Part shown: piece after piece, positions 28,417-41,880 of the stretch | Numbering within the stretch: the stretch's first letter is position 1 | Layout of the letters: every line of letters starts with the position of its first letter | Source of the DNA: Eledone cirrhosa | Taxonomy: Eukaryota | Length of the DNA stretch: 64,000 bases | Assembly: GCA_964016885.1 (NCBI GenBank) | Contig: OZ024740.1 | Location: forward strand, 97,650,001-97,714,000 | Reading direction: 5' to 3' | Translations under genes and position numbers: made by a program | The notes under the pieces: generated by a model | Databases searched by the model: none | What the model saw: only the letters and a program-made list of their open reading frames with translations | Told to the model about the DNA's origin: nothing

Positions 28417-29986
28417 CTTGGGAGCATAATAATGTCATATGGTTCCAAAAGACAACGTCCACACGAGTGTCTACCTCCACCATATGCCTTGGCCAAGCTT
28501 ATGATCTACTATTGTAGATCAAACTAGTTATAACTTCATGTTAATGTAAAATTGAATTGAGCTAAGGAGTTTACCAAATTCTCTTTCTTATAAATAGGGA
28601 TTGTAACTATTTTTAAAGGAGTTAACTGAGGCTCCTATGCAGAAATTGGTTGATCTATGAGTAGAAACAATACATTTATACACTATTTTTTTCATTAAAC
28701 AATAGCCATTTAGGGAACAGTTACAGTGTCTGTATTATTACCTGAAGTTATGCTAGATTCGTTATGAAGTGGTGTTTTGTTATGAGTATACATATGGTCT
28801 TTCTCTTTGAGTAGACCCTAACAATGAATCAGAATATGAGGGGTATGATTATTTATGCAAACAGAGAACTGCACAGAGAAAGGGTAATTTCTGAAGATCA
28901 GACCTAGGAAATTATATTTTTGATGTTTTTAATTTTTGCTAACACAATCCGTTGGTAGTAATTCCTGCTTATTTTGGGTAGGGATCGGGGAAATATGATT
29001 TTAATGTACAGAAACAGAATAAAGCATTTCATCTATTCATTTGAATTAATCTGTCCATCTACAAACTCTTAATTGACTAGTGAAAAGCAATGTTGGATTG
29101 GAACTCAATCGGAATTGTATGCAGAACAGAGAGTGTCAGAAAATTATCTCAAATATTCTTTCCAATACCATAATATTTTTTCAATTCACCACTTATAAAT
29201 TACACAGAAACATAAATGTATATACACAATCAACTCTCTCAGCAAATAGATTTTTCCAATCTACCAGAAATAATCGGAAAATAGAAATTAATTTATCACA
29301 GCAAACAATAAATTATTTCTTTTTAATACATTAAACATAGATAATTCCATTGCTAGTATGGATGGGCGGATTCATTTGACATCAGAGGTTTTTTCAGTAG
29401 GACACTCTTCAAGGTCCAGCAATAATAGATTACAACCAGTTTTCATTTGGATCAGCTCCAAATCACAATTGTTTTTGTATTCCTGGTTTATTTTAATTGC
29501 CTCGTGTTTGCAGTGTGAGTTTGCAGACATATGTATATTTATGAATGCAATGATAAACTCTTTATTTTCACATCCAGTTTCTCAAATATACATTATCAGT
29601 ACATAAATGCATGCACAATGCCACCCACATATATATATATAAAGAGAAAGATTTATAGAATGAACATTATTATTGAGATTCCCACTCAATTAAGTAACTA
29701 GTTGTACACAAACACACATGTACATATAGTCTAGCAAATTGCATGTCAATCATTCTAAAGCAGGTGGCATTGTAAAATATACTCATTGCACTTTGTAATG
29801 TGGTTGGTATGAGGAAAAATATACAGCCATAGAAACCATGCAAACATAGAGACCTCTGATCCATCTCTAAGTGAAGTGACTGATATGTCACATGAAGAGA
29901 CATCAAAGCCATAGCAGCATAGAAATATGAAAAGCAGAATTGAAGTAATGATGAAATATATAAGCATACAAACATATATATATATA

Positions 29987-30033
<47 letters not shown>

Positions 30034-30238
30034 GCATATATATATAGGAAGACGCAGTACAGGTATACCACGAAAAACATGGGCAGAGGTGTGAGAGCAG
30101 AACTCAGATAGCTTAAACTCACCGAGGAGATGACGAAGGACCATGACAAGTGGAGAGATGCTGTGCTGAATAGGAACCGTCCAACCAATATATGTATATA
30201 TATATGTATATGTATATATGTATATATATTGGTATATA

Positions 30239-30318
<80 letters not shown>

Positions 30319-30608
30319 TATATATATATATATGTATATATATATATGTGTGTGTGTATTATTATCCTTTCCATAAACTCATTGAGAACTTAAATTATGT
30401 TAGTTTTTATTCTAATTATTCTAAAGGTGTTAAGAATGCAATAGTCAACAGTGTGCATCAACGAATATCCAGACTATCTGCTGATAGATCCATATTTAAT
30501 AGTAAAGCCGTATATTATAATGAAGCTTTACGTAAAGCTGGATATAACAATAATATTGCGTATATAGAAAAAATACTGAAAACAATATTAATTATAATCA
30601 CAATATTC

Positions 30609-30659
<51 letters not shown>

Positions 30660-30676
30660 TAATATTATTATTATCA

Positions 30677-31910
30677 TTCGCAGAGTAAGGAGCGTATTAA
30701 AGTCACATCTGAACAGTAGGAATGCCACAAGTGTAGTAAATACCCGAGCTGTGTCTATTATTAGGTACAGTGCGGGAATTCTGAGATGGAATGTTGCTGA
30801 ACAAAAAGAAATGGATAGGAAGACTATGAAGCTATTGACTATCTACAACATGTTCCACAAGAGGAGGGATGTCAATAGAGTCTACTTAAGGAGATCTGAA
30901 GGTGGAAGAGGTCTTATCAGCATAGAGGACTGTGTTCAGATGCAGAAAAACAACCTACACAAATACGTACGTGACTGATAGTAAGAAGCCAATGCTCGGA
31001 ATTGTACTGAAGGGTAGGACAATAGACCAGGGGATGTTTCAAGGAGGAAATAACAACGAGAAGAAAGAGTAGCCTCCATGAAAAATCCCTTCATAGTACC
31101 TTCTTTGAGAAAACTGATTTCAGAGATCCACAGACATGGAACTGGTTCAGAAGAGAAGACCTTAAAAAGGCTACAGAAGGAATGCTAATGGCTGCGCAAG
31201 AGCAGGCCCTCAAAACGAAGTGACTGAAACACCATATTTACAAGGAGGAGGCTAGTCCACTGTGCAGGATCTGTGGAGTGAGGGAGGAGACTGTGGCTCA
31301 CATTGTATACGAGTGTAAACACCTAGCCCAGACTCACTATAAAGGCTGGAGACATGATGTGATGGGCAGGGTGATCCACTGGCACCTATGCAATGTAAAC
31401 AATTTACCACATTCTGAGAAGTGGTATGAGCATAAGCCAGAGTCGGTGATAGAAAACGATCAGGTGAAGGTGCTGCGAGATTTTAGGATACAGACGGACA
31501 AGAAACTGGAACACAATAGACCTGGCCTGGTGGTTTTGGACAAGGAAAAAAGATCGTGCCTGATTGTGGATGTGGCCTGCCCATTCGACACGAGAGTGCA
31601 AGAGGAGAGGGAGAAAATTAACCGATACCAGGACTTAAAGTGGGAGGTAAAAAGGATTTGGAACTGCTATGAAGTCAAAGTGGTCCCGATTGTTATAGGC
31701 GCACTAGGTACTATCTCAAAAATTTTCCAGGGATGGTTAAAGAAAATTGGCCTCGCCCCGCTTTTTTGGAACACCTCAAAGGCATACTTGCTGGGAACGG
31801 CAAGAACCCTTCGATACGTCCTGGATATCTGAGGCTGCAGGTACCGGCTTGATATTCATTTCAACAAACTTTCCAGTTAAATAACATCAATGACTGAAAC
31901 TCAAAGAACA
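30677..31910 (+). mobile_element. 5'-truncated R4/Dong-clade non-LTR retrotransposon (REL endonuclease)
   Basis: RVYLRRSEGGRGL; CRICGVREETVAHIVYEC (CCHC), RHD, RPGLVVLD (RPD motif mutated), IVDVACPFD, KINRYQDL, VPIVIGALG; stop at 31832; flanked by (AAT)n. Confidence 0.92.
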
Positions 31911-34048
31911 ATAATAATAATAATAATATTAAAAATGACTATAACATCAACAACTTGAGGAATAATTCGGTGAAATAAATATGACCTAGATCTACAATTT
32001 GGTATGCTCCGCCAGCATCTTTACCTATTAAAACACCTTTAGCACACTTATTTTTTAAAGCCTTGGATAAATGCTTCCCTAGATCACATAAATATTACTT
32101 TATCTCCAATAGACACAGTTAAACTCTCTTATTCAACAGCTATGAATATTGCTCAAAATATAGCACAAATAAATAGTGAACATCTTAATTTGAACCAACA
32201 AATAATTAGCGATAATAACAATAATAATAATAATAATACATTAGTTAATGGGAAGAACAATAATAATAGTTTAAATACGAATAATAGTAGAACACCTTTA
32301 AATAATAATAATAATAATATGAATAGTTTAGGGTAACATCGAGAAGAAATGTAACTGTAGAAGGAAGTCAGAATGTCCCTCAGAAAATAACTGCCTTGAC
32401 AAGAATCTAGTATATAAATGTACCATTAAGACAAATAATAATATATATAACTACATTGGTGCCACTTCATCTAAATTTAAAGATCGTTTGTACAATCATA
32501 AACATTCCTTTTCTAAACCAGATAAACAATTTTCAACCTCACTCTCACAATCAATATGGTCTTTAAAGGACAAGAATATTAAATACTCCTTCTCTTGGAC
32601 TCGGTTAAAGATTGCCAATTCCTATCGGAACGCATCCATTTCGCTAAATTGCAATCTTTGCAATCTTGAGACTCTATTGATAATTACAAATTATGACAAT
32701 TTAATAAACAAGAGAAATGAATTATTCAGCAGCTGCCAACATAAAATCGGTAAAACATTCCAGGCATTGTACAAGTTTCGATAAAATATTGACAATTAAT
32801 ACATTTAAAAATATATATATAATTTTTGCCTTACTGGGGTAATAATTTATTGATGTTTTATCTATTAGAATTATTTCATTAAGAGTCTCTGTATCCTATG
32901 TTTTTATTAGGACAGTTCAATATTTAACTAGACAATTGTTGATTTATGGTTTTGAAATATCACTAGATTTCAGAGTAGATACATGGTTTAAATGTTGACA
33001 TATGGTGAATGAGTTATCTTCTCTTTGTTTACATTCTTCGTAAATATTTTTATTCTGTTTGAATAGCTTGCTAAATTATATTTGACATGAATTATGCAGT
33101 TTAATAATATAAGAATATCTTTAAAAGGAAACTATAATAATATGTAATTACAGAAGTAAATATAAATTAAAGAAATAAAACGTTTGAGAGTAAATATAAC
33201 TGAAATTTAATCCTGTAATTAAATGATAATTAAAGAATAGAAATGATTTTATAAAGAGAATATCCTAATTAAATTAAATAATTCGGATAAAAAATGATCT
33301 TAATATATTATATATATATATTGATGGTGATATATGCATGTATTTTAATATATATTTTAATACATGTTTAATAATTATTTAAATATGCTTTAAAGATAAT
33401 TTATTTTAGAAGTTGTAACAAAATACTTAAGGAATATATTAACTAAACCAAATATTATAATCTATAATGAGTTAAATTAAATTATGTAAATTTTTAATTA
33501 AACTAAATATGTGACGGCTATAAAAAGTAATGTATATTGATTAATTTTGATATAATATATAAGTATAATTAGCTTAAGCATAATCAAATACAAGAGATAT
33601 TCAATGGTTTATGGCAATTGATTGGCTGTCTCAATTGACCTAATATTTGAAAACAACGGTTTTTTATATCTATCCCCTTATATTTGATGGTCCTGTGTTT
33701 TTATTTACACTCCCCTTCCTTTTACTTTCCAAACACATTCCCTTTCTTTTGTGGTTATTTCTTCTTTCTTCTTATTTCGTTTTTTAATATATTTCTTCCT
33801 CTATTCATCCATCCATCCATTTATTTAGTTATGTTTATTTAAATATTTATGTATGTATTTATTTTGTCTTGCCTTTACTCCTCTTTACACCCTCTCTTAT
33901 ATATCTAATTCGCTCCACGTCCTTGTCTTATTTAAGCTTATATTATTATTTGTGGTATATAAATGTTGAGATTTGATGAATAAATCACTGCCAATATAGG
34001 TATTGAACTATCAAGACCGTAGAGGTATGTCATATATCAAATCATATA

Positions 34049-34110
34049 TTTTATCTGATGAGGACATACTGAAGAAACAACACAGTACCTTCAAAATATA
34101 TATAATAAAG
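34049..34110 (+). ncRNA. Degenerate type-I HHR in Penelope pLTR
   Basis: TTTAT-CTGATGA-stem II (TACTG/CAGTA)-AAAA (G12->A)-TATATATA-ATAAA. Confidence 0.5.
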
Positions 34111-34173
34111 CATATATTTTGATTATGTGAATATCTAAATTTGTTAATATTTTGAATAATATATATGTATATA

Positions 34174-34220
<47 letters not shown>

Positions 34221-34641
34221 TTTATTTCCCTTTTACAACTATCTTTTCCTAAAATTGATACCATTAAGTATACATATATACTGTTTTAATTTCAGGTTAT
34301 GGATCTATGTTCCTTGTAATCTCTATATATTTGTTATTTCTCACTACTAATTTTAACCCCCCCCCCCCCAATAAATATATCTTTTTTATTTCCCCTCGGT
34401 TTTAACAGGACTCTTCAATTACATCTAACTCTTATTTATCATATCTATATGCATTAATATAATGTTATCAATATAAATATACCTATCAATTTAATTAATT
34501 TATTTTATTTTATTTTCATAGATATAAATTCCATATATTTTTTTCACTAACACTTTTATCGTAACATTTTAGTCTCCTTAGATATTTACAATGGTATTAT
34601 TCTTTTATAACAACAATTTTTCGTGTACCTTTTACCGACCC

Positions 34642-35110
34642 GACCTATTTTCACCCCTAAAATAACCTTTTCTTTCGTCATACTCCTTCCATTCAAAACT
34701 GAAATCTGCCTTCTTCTACCCCTAAATTAAAGTTCCATTACTACTATTATACCATTTGGCCAGTTATTACCTTTCTACTGGTCAATTCAAAACCTGTTCC
34801 CAAACAGACCTATTATATTAAATCTTTGTTGGTTTTATTCAATGAACAAATATAATTATTTCTGAAGACAGCATATGACCTATTCTCATCCCTAAAATAA
34901 TCTTTCATTTATAATATTCTTTCCATCCAAAACTGAAATCTACCTTCCTCTACCCCTAAATTAAGGCTCTATTACTACTATTGTACCATCTTGACCTTCA
35001 CTATCTTTCTATTGGTCAATTCAAAACCTGTTCCCAAACAGACCTATTGTATTAAATCTTTGTTGGTTTTTTTCAATAAACAAATATCATTATTTCTGAA
35101 AACAGCATAT
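34642..35110. repeat. ~235-bp imperfect tandem duplication
   Basis: GACCTATT.TCA.CCCTAAAATAA at 34642 and 34877; both copies end TATTTCTGAA(G/A)ACAGCATAT. Confidence 0.88.
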
Positions 35111-35226
35111 ATATGTGTGGGTATGTATATTCCTTCTGATAGTTTGTAAAAATTTTACATAGATCTATATGATATGCATACCAACACTAACACATATATA
35201 TCCTAGAAACGATCGTAAAATGATGA
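35087..35226 (+). ncRNA. Type-I HHR-like motif with ~100-nt stem II
   Basis: Stem I TCATTATTT/AAATGATGA; core CTGAAAA (CTGAAGA in the upstream duplicate); stem II ATATATATGTGT/ACACATATATAT plus GGTATGTATAT/ATATGCATACC; GAAA-CGATC-GTA. Confidence 0.62.
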
Positions 35227-35505
35227 ATTTTTTTATATAAGGAACTGTTTCTATGTTTATTCATTATTTTTATTAATTTATCTTGACTCTGTTTTCCTGT
35301 ATTTTTCATCGAAAAAATTTTTTGAATACATCTCTTTTCATGATATTCGGATTACATTGAGTTCTTCATACGGATTGGACACTACCGTACATTTTGGTAG
35401 ATTTATCTACATATATATATATATATATATACATATATACATATATACATATATTCATATATATATACACATATATGCATATATATATATACATATATAT
35501 AAATA

Positions 35506-35557
<52 letters not shown>

Positions 35558-35966
35558 CATAAGTTGAAAAAAATGAAAACGAAATTTCATTTCTCACTCT
35601 TAGTATGGCACTTACTTAAATGTAAGTATGTATGTATACGTACATACATATATGTATACAGACGTACAGTAGCATGCATATACATATATATATATATATA
35701 CATACATATATATACTTACAGGTACACATACATATATGCACGCATCAGTTTAGCGGAAGCTTATTATAACGCCGCTTTGTTCGTTTGTCAACAAACTGAA
35801 CAGCCTGAATTTATGCCATACGGTGTTTAGGCAACCACGTCACCTTAAGGCAACCACGTCACCTGACCGATTTAACTCACTCAATATGCAAATTAGGCTG
35901 CTCAGCCGTTAATTTTCATAAGGAAAGTATATACTTTCGAACGTTCAACTATCTGGCAGATGGGTA

Positions 35967-36011
35967 AACGGTGCTGATGATAGCTAACAAGCTTGAAACT
36001 AGTACATCGTT
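35967..36011 (+). ncRNA. Minimal type-I hammerhead ribozyme, unit 1
   Basis: AACGGTG-CTGATGA-TAGCT AACA AGCTT-GAAA-CTAG-TA^CATCGTT: 7-bp stem I, full core, palindromic ACTAGT stem III, GUA site at 36002-36004. Confidence 0.82.
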
Positions 36012-36436
36012 CCTGTGTCAGTGTTGAACAAAAAGGTGACGTGGTTGCCTTAACACCGTATGGCATAAATTCAGACTGTTCAGTTTGTTGACAAACGAAC
36101 AAAGCGGCGTTATAATAAGCGTCCGCTAAACTGATGCGTGCATATATGTATGTGTACCTGTATGTATATATATGTATGTATATATATATATATGTATATG
36201 CATGCTACTGTACGTCTGTATACATATATGTATGTACGTATACATACATACTTAAATTTAAGTAAGTGCCATACTAAGAGTGAGAAATGAAATTTCGTTT
36301 TCATTTTTTTCAACTTATCGTTTTCGGTATGCCTGACCGATTTAACTCACTCAATATGCAAATTAGGCTGCTCAGCCGTTAATTTTCATAAGGAAAGTAT
36401 ATACTTTCGAACGTTCAACTATCTGGCAGATGGGTA

Positions 36437-36481
36437 AACGGTGCTGATGATAGCTAACAAGCTTGAAACTAGTACATCGTT
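36437..36481 (+). ncRNA. Minimal type-I hammerhead ribozyme, unit 2
   Basis: Identical motif 470 nt downstream. Confidence 0.82.
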
Positions 36482-36906
36482 CCTGTGTCAGTGTTGAACA
36501 AAAAGGTGACGTGGTTGCCTTAACACCGTATGGCATAAATTCAGACTGTTCAGTTTGTTGACAAACGAACAAAGCGGCGTTATAATAAGCGTCCGCTAAA
36601 CTGATGCGTGCATATATGTATGTGTACCTGTATGTATATATATGTATGTATATATATATATATGTATATGCATGCTACTGTACGTCTGTATACATATATG
36701 CATGTACGTATACATACATACTTAAATTTAAGTAAGTGCCATACTAAGAGTGAGAAATGAAATTTCGTTTTCATTTTTTTCAACTTATCGTTTTCGGTAT
36801 GCCTGACCGATTTAATTCACTCAATATGCAAATTAGGCTGCTCAGCCCTTAATTTTCATAAGGAAAGTATATACTTTCGAACGTTCAACTATCTGGCAGA
36901 TGGGTA

Positions 36907-36951
36907 AACGGTGCTGATGATAGCTAACAAGCTTGAAACTAGTACATCGTT
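36907..36951 (+). ncRNA. Minimal type-I hammerhead ribozyme, unit 3
   Basis: Identical motif 940 nt downstream. Confidence 0.82.
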
Positions 36952-37218
36952 CCTGTGTCAGTGTTGAACAAAAAAAAAAAAAAAAAAAAAAAGGTGACGT
37001 GGTTGCCTTAACACCGTATGGCATAAATTCAGGCTGTTCAGTTTGTTGACAAACGAAAAAAGCGGCGTTATAATAAGCGTCCGCTAAACTCATGCGTGCA
37101 TATATGTATGTGTACCTGTATGTATGTATATGTATGTATATATATATATATGTATATGCATGCTACTGTACGTCTGTATACATATATGTATGTACGTATA
37201 CATACATACTTACATTTA

Positions 37219-37274
<56 letters not shown>

Positions 37275-37414
37275 TTATCACATACATAAAATTAAATTAA
37301 ATCAAATCAAAGATATATATATGCGTTGCAACTGTTCACTTTTAAGCTCAATGAAGAATTAATAAATTAAAATCAAAAAATCAGAGCATTATAGAGATTT
37401 TATATATATATATA

Positions 37415-38881
37415 TCTTTATATATATAAAAGCGAGGATGTGTGTGTGTCTGTGTGCAACATTGCATGCTTAAGGCTTTCACAATTACGAACTGAATTTG
37501 ACCAAAGTTTATGTGCACGTTGCACAGGTCGCTAAGATTGTCACATCACAAATATTTTTCAAATCGACCCACGTTTAGCAATAAAAAATCGATATCAAAA
37601 TTATCGGTAGAAAAATTGATATAAGGGAGATAACAAACTTTATTGACAATCCTTATAAAAAGGGGAGATAACCAACTTTTCAGAGATATAAACATCACAT
37701 TCATTTGAAGATAAATCACTAATATTATCGTTTGATTCTTGTTTATTCTTTGTTGCACTTTCAAAGTTAAAAAAACACTCGTTGCTTTAACTTGTTTCAC
37801 TATATTAAGTGTTAATTTTCGCATCACGGTTAGCTGTATTAACGATCAGCTTCTTCAGCTTCTTCCTGGATGTCCACGGATATATAAATCTAGTGATACC
37901 GTATGTGATCCACAGGATGCGGTCAATTATCCAGTTGAATTTCTAAATTCTTTAAATCCTCGTGGTTTACCTCCTAATATATTGGTTCTGAAAGAGGGAA
38001 CACCAGTTATTTTGCTGAGAAATATCACTCCTCCAAAACTATGCAATGGTACACGCCTTGTGGTTAAAAAACTGTCTTCACTTAGTATTGACGCTACCAT
38101 TCTATCCGGATGTGGAAAAGGCGAGGATGTGATAATAACAAAAATTAGCCTGACTACATCAGGCGTGGATACTCCCTTCTCCTTTCGCCGAACCCAATTT
38201 GCCCTTCGTGTTGCCTTTGCAATGTCCATAAACAAGTCGCAAGGTCAAACTGTGTCCGTCGCTGGAATTCACTTGGATCAACCTTGTTTTTCGCACGGAC
38301 AATTCTACGTTGCTTACTCACAAGTTGGCAGTCGATATAATCTCTTTGCGTTTGTTCTGAAAGAAAAACAAAGAATATCGTCTATCCTGAAGTGCTTTAT
38401 TGTTAACAAAAAAACTTATTACAGCTCTGCCTTGACTTCACCTTACTCATTACAAAACATACCAATGAATATGTCATGCAGGATATTTTGGATTATAAGT
38501 TACAAATTTAACCATACACAGCAAAGGATGCTCTCAAAGAATATATTTTCTCTTATTCTACTCTCATTGTTTTTTTGTTTGTATACAACTCTGCTTTCAT
38601 TACAACTTTTTGTACTTTAGCAAAACTGCCTGTTTTTTTACAGATGTGCAACGTGTATTGTCTTTAATTATTTGTATAACTACATCCTGTTCAGTGTTTT
38701 CCTTCATTATTAGCATAGTTTTATGTGTACAAAGAAAGCACTAAATTTTCATTTGCATTAATTATTGAAGACTTCTGCTTATTTTGACAGGTTGGGGACA
38801 AATAATGTTCTTCTTTTACTTCCGAGCTGTATATTCTTAGCATAATTTCAAATCCCGAACAACGCCGGGTAAATCTGCTAG
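37415..38881 (+). mobile_element. Non-autonomous Helitron (~1.47 kb)
   Basis: 5' A|TCTTTATATATATAAAAG; 3' hairpin CCCG-AACAACGC-CGGG followed 8 nt later by CTAG|T; no TSD; carries a PIF1 fragment. Confidence 0.92.
37830..38365 (+). pseudogene. Helitron RepHel C-terminal PIF1-like helicase fragment
   Basis: YPVEFLNSL...GLPP, PVILLRN, LCNGTRL, QFALRVAFAMSINKSQGQT, FSHGQFYVA; no Rep domain or Walker A. Confidence 0.92.
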
Positions 38882-38964
38882 TATATATATATATGAAAAA
38901 TTTCAGGACCCCGCCCACAGAGCGCAAGCCGTTTCGACGGATATTTCTGAGTCCAGCATTGTCC

Positions 38965-39200
38965 AACAATAAGCTTGAAACTGGTACAGCGTTCCTTTGT
39001 CAGTGTTGAACAAACGAGCAACGATGGTTGCTGGACACTGCGGCTTAATGCGCGATGTTTGTTTACAAACACACCGAGCATTATAATAAATGTTCGGTGA
39101 ATACATACGTACATATATATATGTGTGCATGTATGTATATATATATATATACATACTACTGTACGTCTGTATACATATATGTATGTACGTGTACATGCTT
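38965..39200 (+). repeat. Diverged partial copy of the 470-bp HHR repeat family
   Basis: AAGCTTGAAACTGGTACAGCGTTCCTTTGTCAGTGTTGAACAA...TACTGTACGTCTGTATAC. Confidence 0.75.
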
Positions 39201-40497
39201 ATATATATATACATATATATATATGGCTTTTTGCAACAATATTTTCTATACCTTTCATTTATATATATATATATATATATATTCATACAAACACACACAC
39301 CTGTGTGCACGTTCAACTTTGGGTTCAAATATAAATTCTCCACATTGTAATTATGTAAATCACGTTGTATCAAGATACTTTAAGAATATTGATTTCTCTG
39401 CCTATCTAGCTTCAACACCTTCCACTCTTTTAAGAAATGAAACGCCCTCACAACACCCCGCCTTCACCCCACAGCCTCAACAACTACCGCCAACAGAACC
39501 TCTACTAACAACAACAACAACAACACAACTTCTCTCTACCATCACAATTACCACCACCACCACTTCTTCCAACACAACTATCCTCTCCTAAGCTACCACC
39601 ATTACTACTGCATCTAACATCATCACTATCACAAGAATGATAGATAAAAAAGAAAAAGAAAGATAGAGAGATGGAGTGAGAGATAAAATTTCATTTGGAA
39701 AATACTGGAATGAACAGTATGATGATATGACACCAATATTTATATTTATTGTTTTTTTTAAGATTAATCTTACCTTTAATTTGGTTTTTATTTTTCTCCC
39801 AACAAAACGTATAATTTAATTTATAACTATTCAATGTTAAGAAATAACAAAAACAACAACAACAATTACAAATATGCAATAGTAAGACTATAAGAAAGAA
39901 ATTTAAAAAAAGATCCATAAATAATGGAAAAGAAATTGCAAAATAATCAATAAATAAATATATAAATAATTGAGAAATAAAGTAAAATCTTTTTTTTTAT
40001 ATCAACAAAATACTATAGATATGTAAATAAATATATAAATATATAATAAGCAAAATTTAAGAAAAACGTTTTGGATTTTTCTTTTAGATTATCTATCCAT
40101 AATGTTATTTATTTTGGACCTAGATCAAATACAATATCATTTACTGCAATTTATTGATTCAAATAAGATTAGGAGAAATGTAGAATACATATTTCTTACA
40201 AATCAATAATATTAGAAACAATATATTGAGTATAGAGAGTCATAAAAAAGCTCTCTCTTTCTGTCTCTCTCAATTTATCCCTCTATCTAGTTAGTTCTCT
40301 CTCAATGACTTTGTTAATATATTACCTCAACTAAGGAATTTTGATTTTAACATTGTTTTTGTTTATCTTTTTTTATTTATATCTCTGTACCGCCCCACCC
40401 CTTAAAATTTTGTTTGGTTTTGGCAATTAGAACTCGGTGAATTTGCTAAGAGGTAAGCATTTATAATCTTCCACCTATCTCACATGGACAGGGTTTT

Positions 40498-40533
<36 letters not shown>

Positions 40534-41695
40534 CAGTTAGTGGTCTAGATATGTACCTAAAACTGCAACGCCCCCATACAAAACAGCTTTAATGTAACAT
40601 AGAGATACCAACTCAATATGATATTTGTAACAGTGATAACCAAACAATTAAAAATTACATTTCCAGTAACTTGATGATGCACCCACCAACCACTTACTAA
40701 TCTTAGATAACCTCACACAATGTGATGTCACACATTGCAACCTACACTTATTATAAAATCAAGAAACAAATTTAATTATAATCTAATGTTATAATAAAAT
40801 TATGAACCTGGTTAAATTAATCAACTTTAATCTTGAGTACAGCCATTACTTCAGGTGAAAAGCAGCAGTGATAAATGGGATAGAGGAGGTTGGATCAACG
40901 AAGTGCTGAGCCATGCTGCTGCTTTGCATATTGTTTTCTTTTTCAAGAATGCATTTAATGCTGTGTGTGTATTTATGAGTCTTATGTCGTAAAATAGTTC
41001 TTGTTAGCATATTTAAAATAAACCTCTTTGGTTTCCTGCTTTTCTACAAGTCAGATGTAATTATTAGTAAACTGATTTATGATTTGCTCAATATTGGTGG
41101 TGTATTTACTACGGAATTATTCAATAATACGAACTGTTTCTGGTGTTTCTGTTTCTATATTTGAATCTTCAGACTTATTTTAGATGCATTGCTAAGTGAA
41201 CTCCTACAGTTCACCAATTTTTACTATGAGATTCTATTGACCCCTCCAAATCTTACACATTGACATTTTTCTTCCCCCTTCATGAACTAACTCAACAACT
41301 CAACAATTTTATTGATGACTGCTGGTACTATTTTATTGTTAAATTTAAGGAAGTCATTACACGGCTTTAGCTTTCTCCAAACTCTTCTCAAGCAGTTCTG
41401 GGTCACTTTATCTCAGGCTTTTTTTATATCATTTATGGTCTTTATGTTAAAACATTATTGATCTTGGCCATTTGTTTCTTCAACAAGTTGTTTGGAAGAG
41501 GGATGAAGACAGAAAGCCTTGACATTAGACTTTGCATACATATCCATAGACTGGAGTAAGGAAGCATTGTTTGGTGCAAAGTAAACTACTTTGAAATAAG
41601 TATAAGTTTCATTGCTGCAGTCAATCTAATTGTGGCCTAGGTTATTAGCAATTACTTACAATGCCTTACTTTATGAAATATTATTTCACTATTGA

Positions 41696-41880
41696 GCGGT
41701 GGATTGGCAGTATCGGTAGAGGGTCGGACGCCATGCTTTGCAGCAAAGAGTTACGTCCCTTTCCATTCTCAGTTCAAATCCCGCTGAGGTCAACTTTGCC
41801 TTTCATCCTTATGGGGTCGATCAAATAAAGTACCAGTAATGCACTGGAGAATTGCTGGCCTTGTGCCAAAAGTAGAAACA
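41696..41880 (+). mobile_element. SINE family A with ~16-18-bp TSD
   Basis: ATTATTTCACTATTGAGC at 41680-41697 and 41881-41898. Confidence 0.92.

Larger units (their letters stand above)
30362..34150 (+). mobile_element. 5'-truncated Naiad-like Penelope element interrupted by an R4/Dong insertion
   Basis: RISRLSADRSIFNSKAVYYNEALRKAGY (RT thumb); after the insertion IWYAPP..KLSYSTAMNI, CNCRRKSECPSENNC (CxCx5Cx5C), YIGATS..FKDRLYNH..SF, CNLCNLE..LINKRNE...CQH; degenerate HHR at 34049-34110. 3' limit approximate. Confidence 0.85.
35559..37217 (+). mobile_element. Retrozyme-like element: inverted 5' piece (35559-35846) plus ~2.9 tandem 470-bp units, one HHR per unit
   Basis: Units start at 35862, 36332 and 36802; nearly identical; embedded in (TA)n. 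Confidence 0.85.

Noticed and set aside
26480-37217. CRISPR array
   Set aside because: Units are 470-530 bp with no unique spacers, there are no cas genes, and the context is eukaryotic.
37739-38620. Host PIF1 gene
   Set aside because: Only C-terminal motifs, no introns, and enclosed by Helitron termini.
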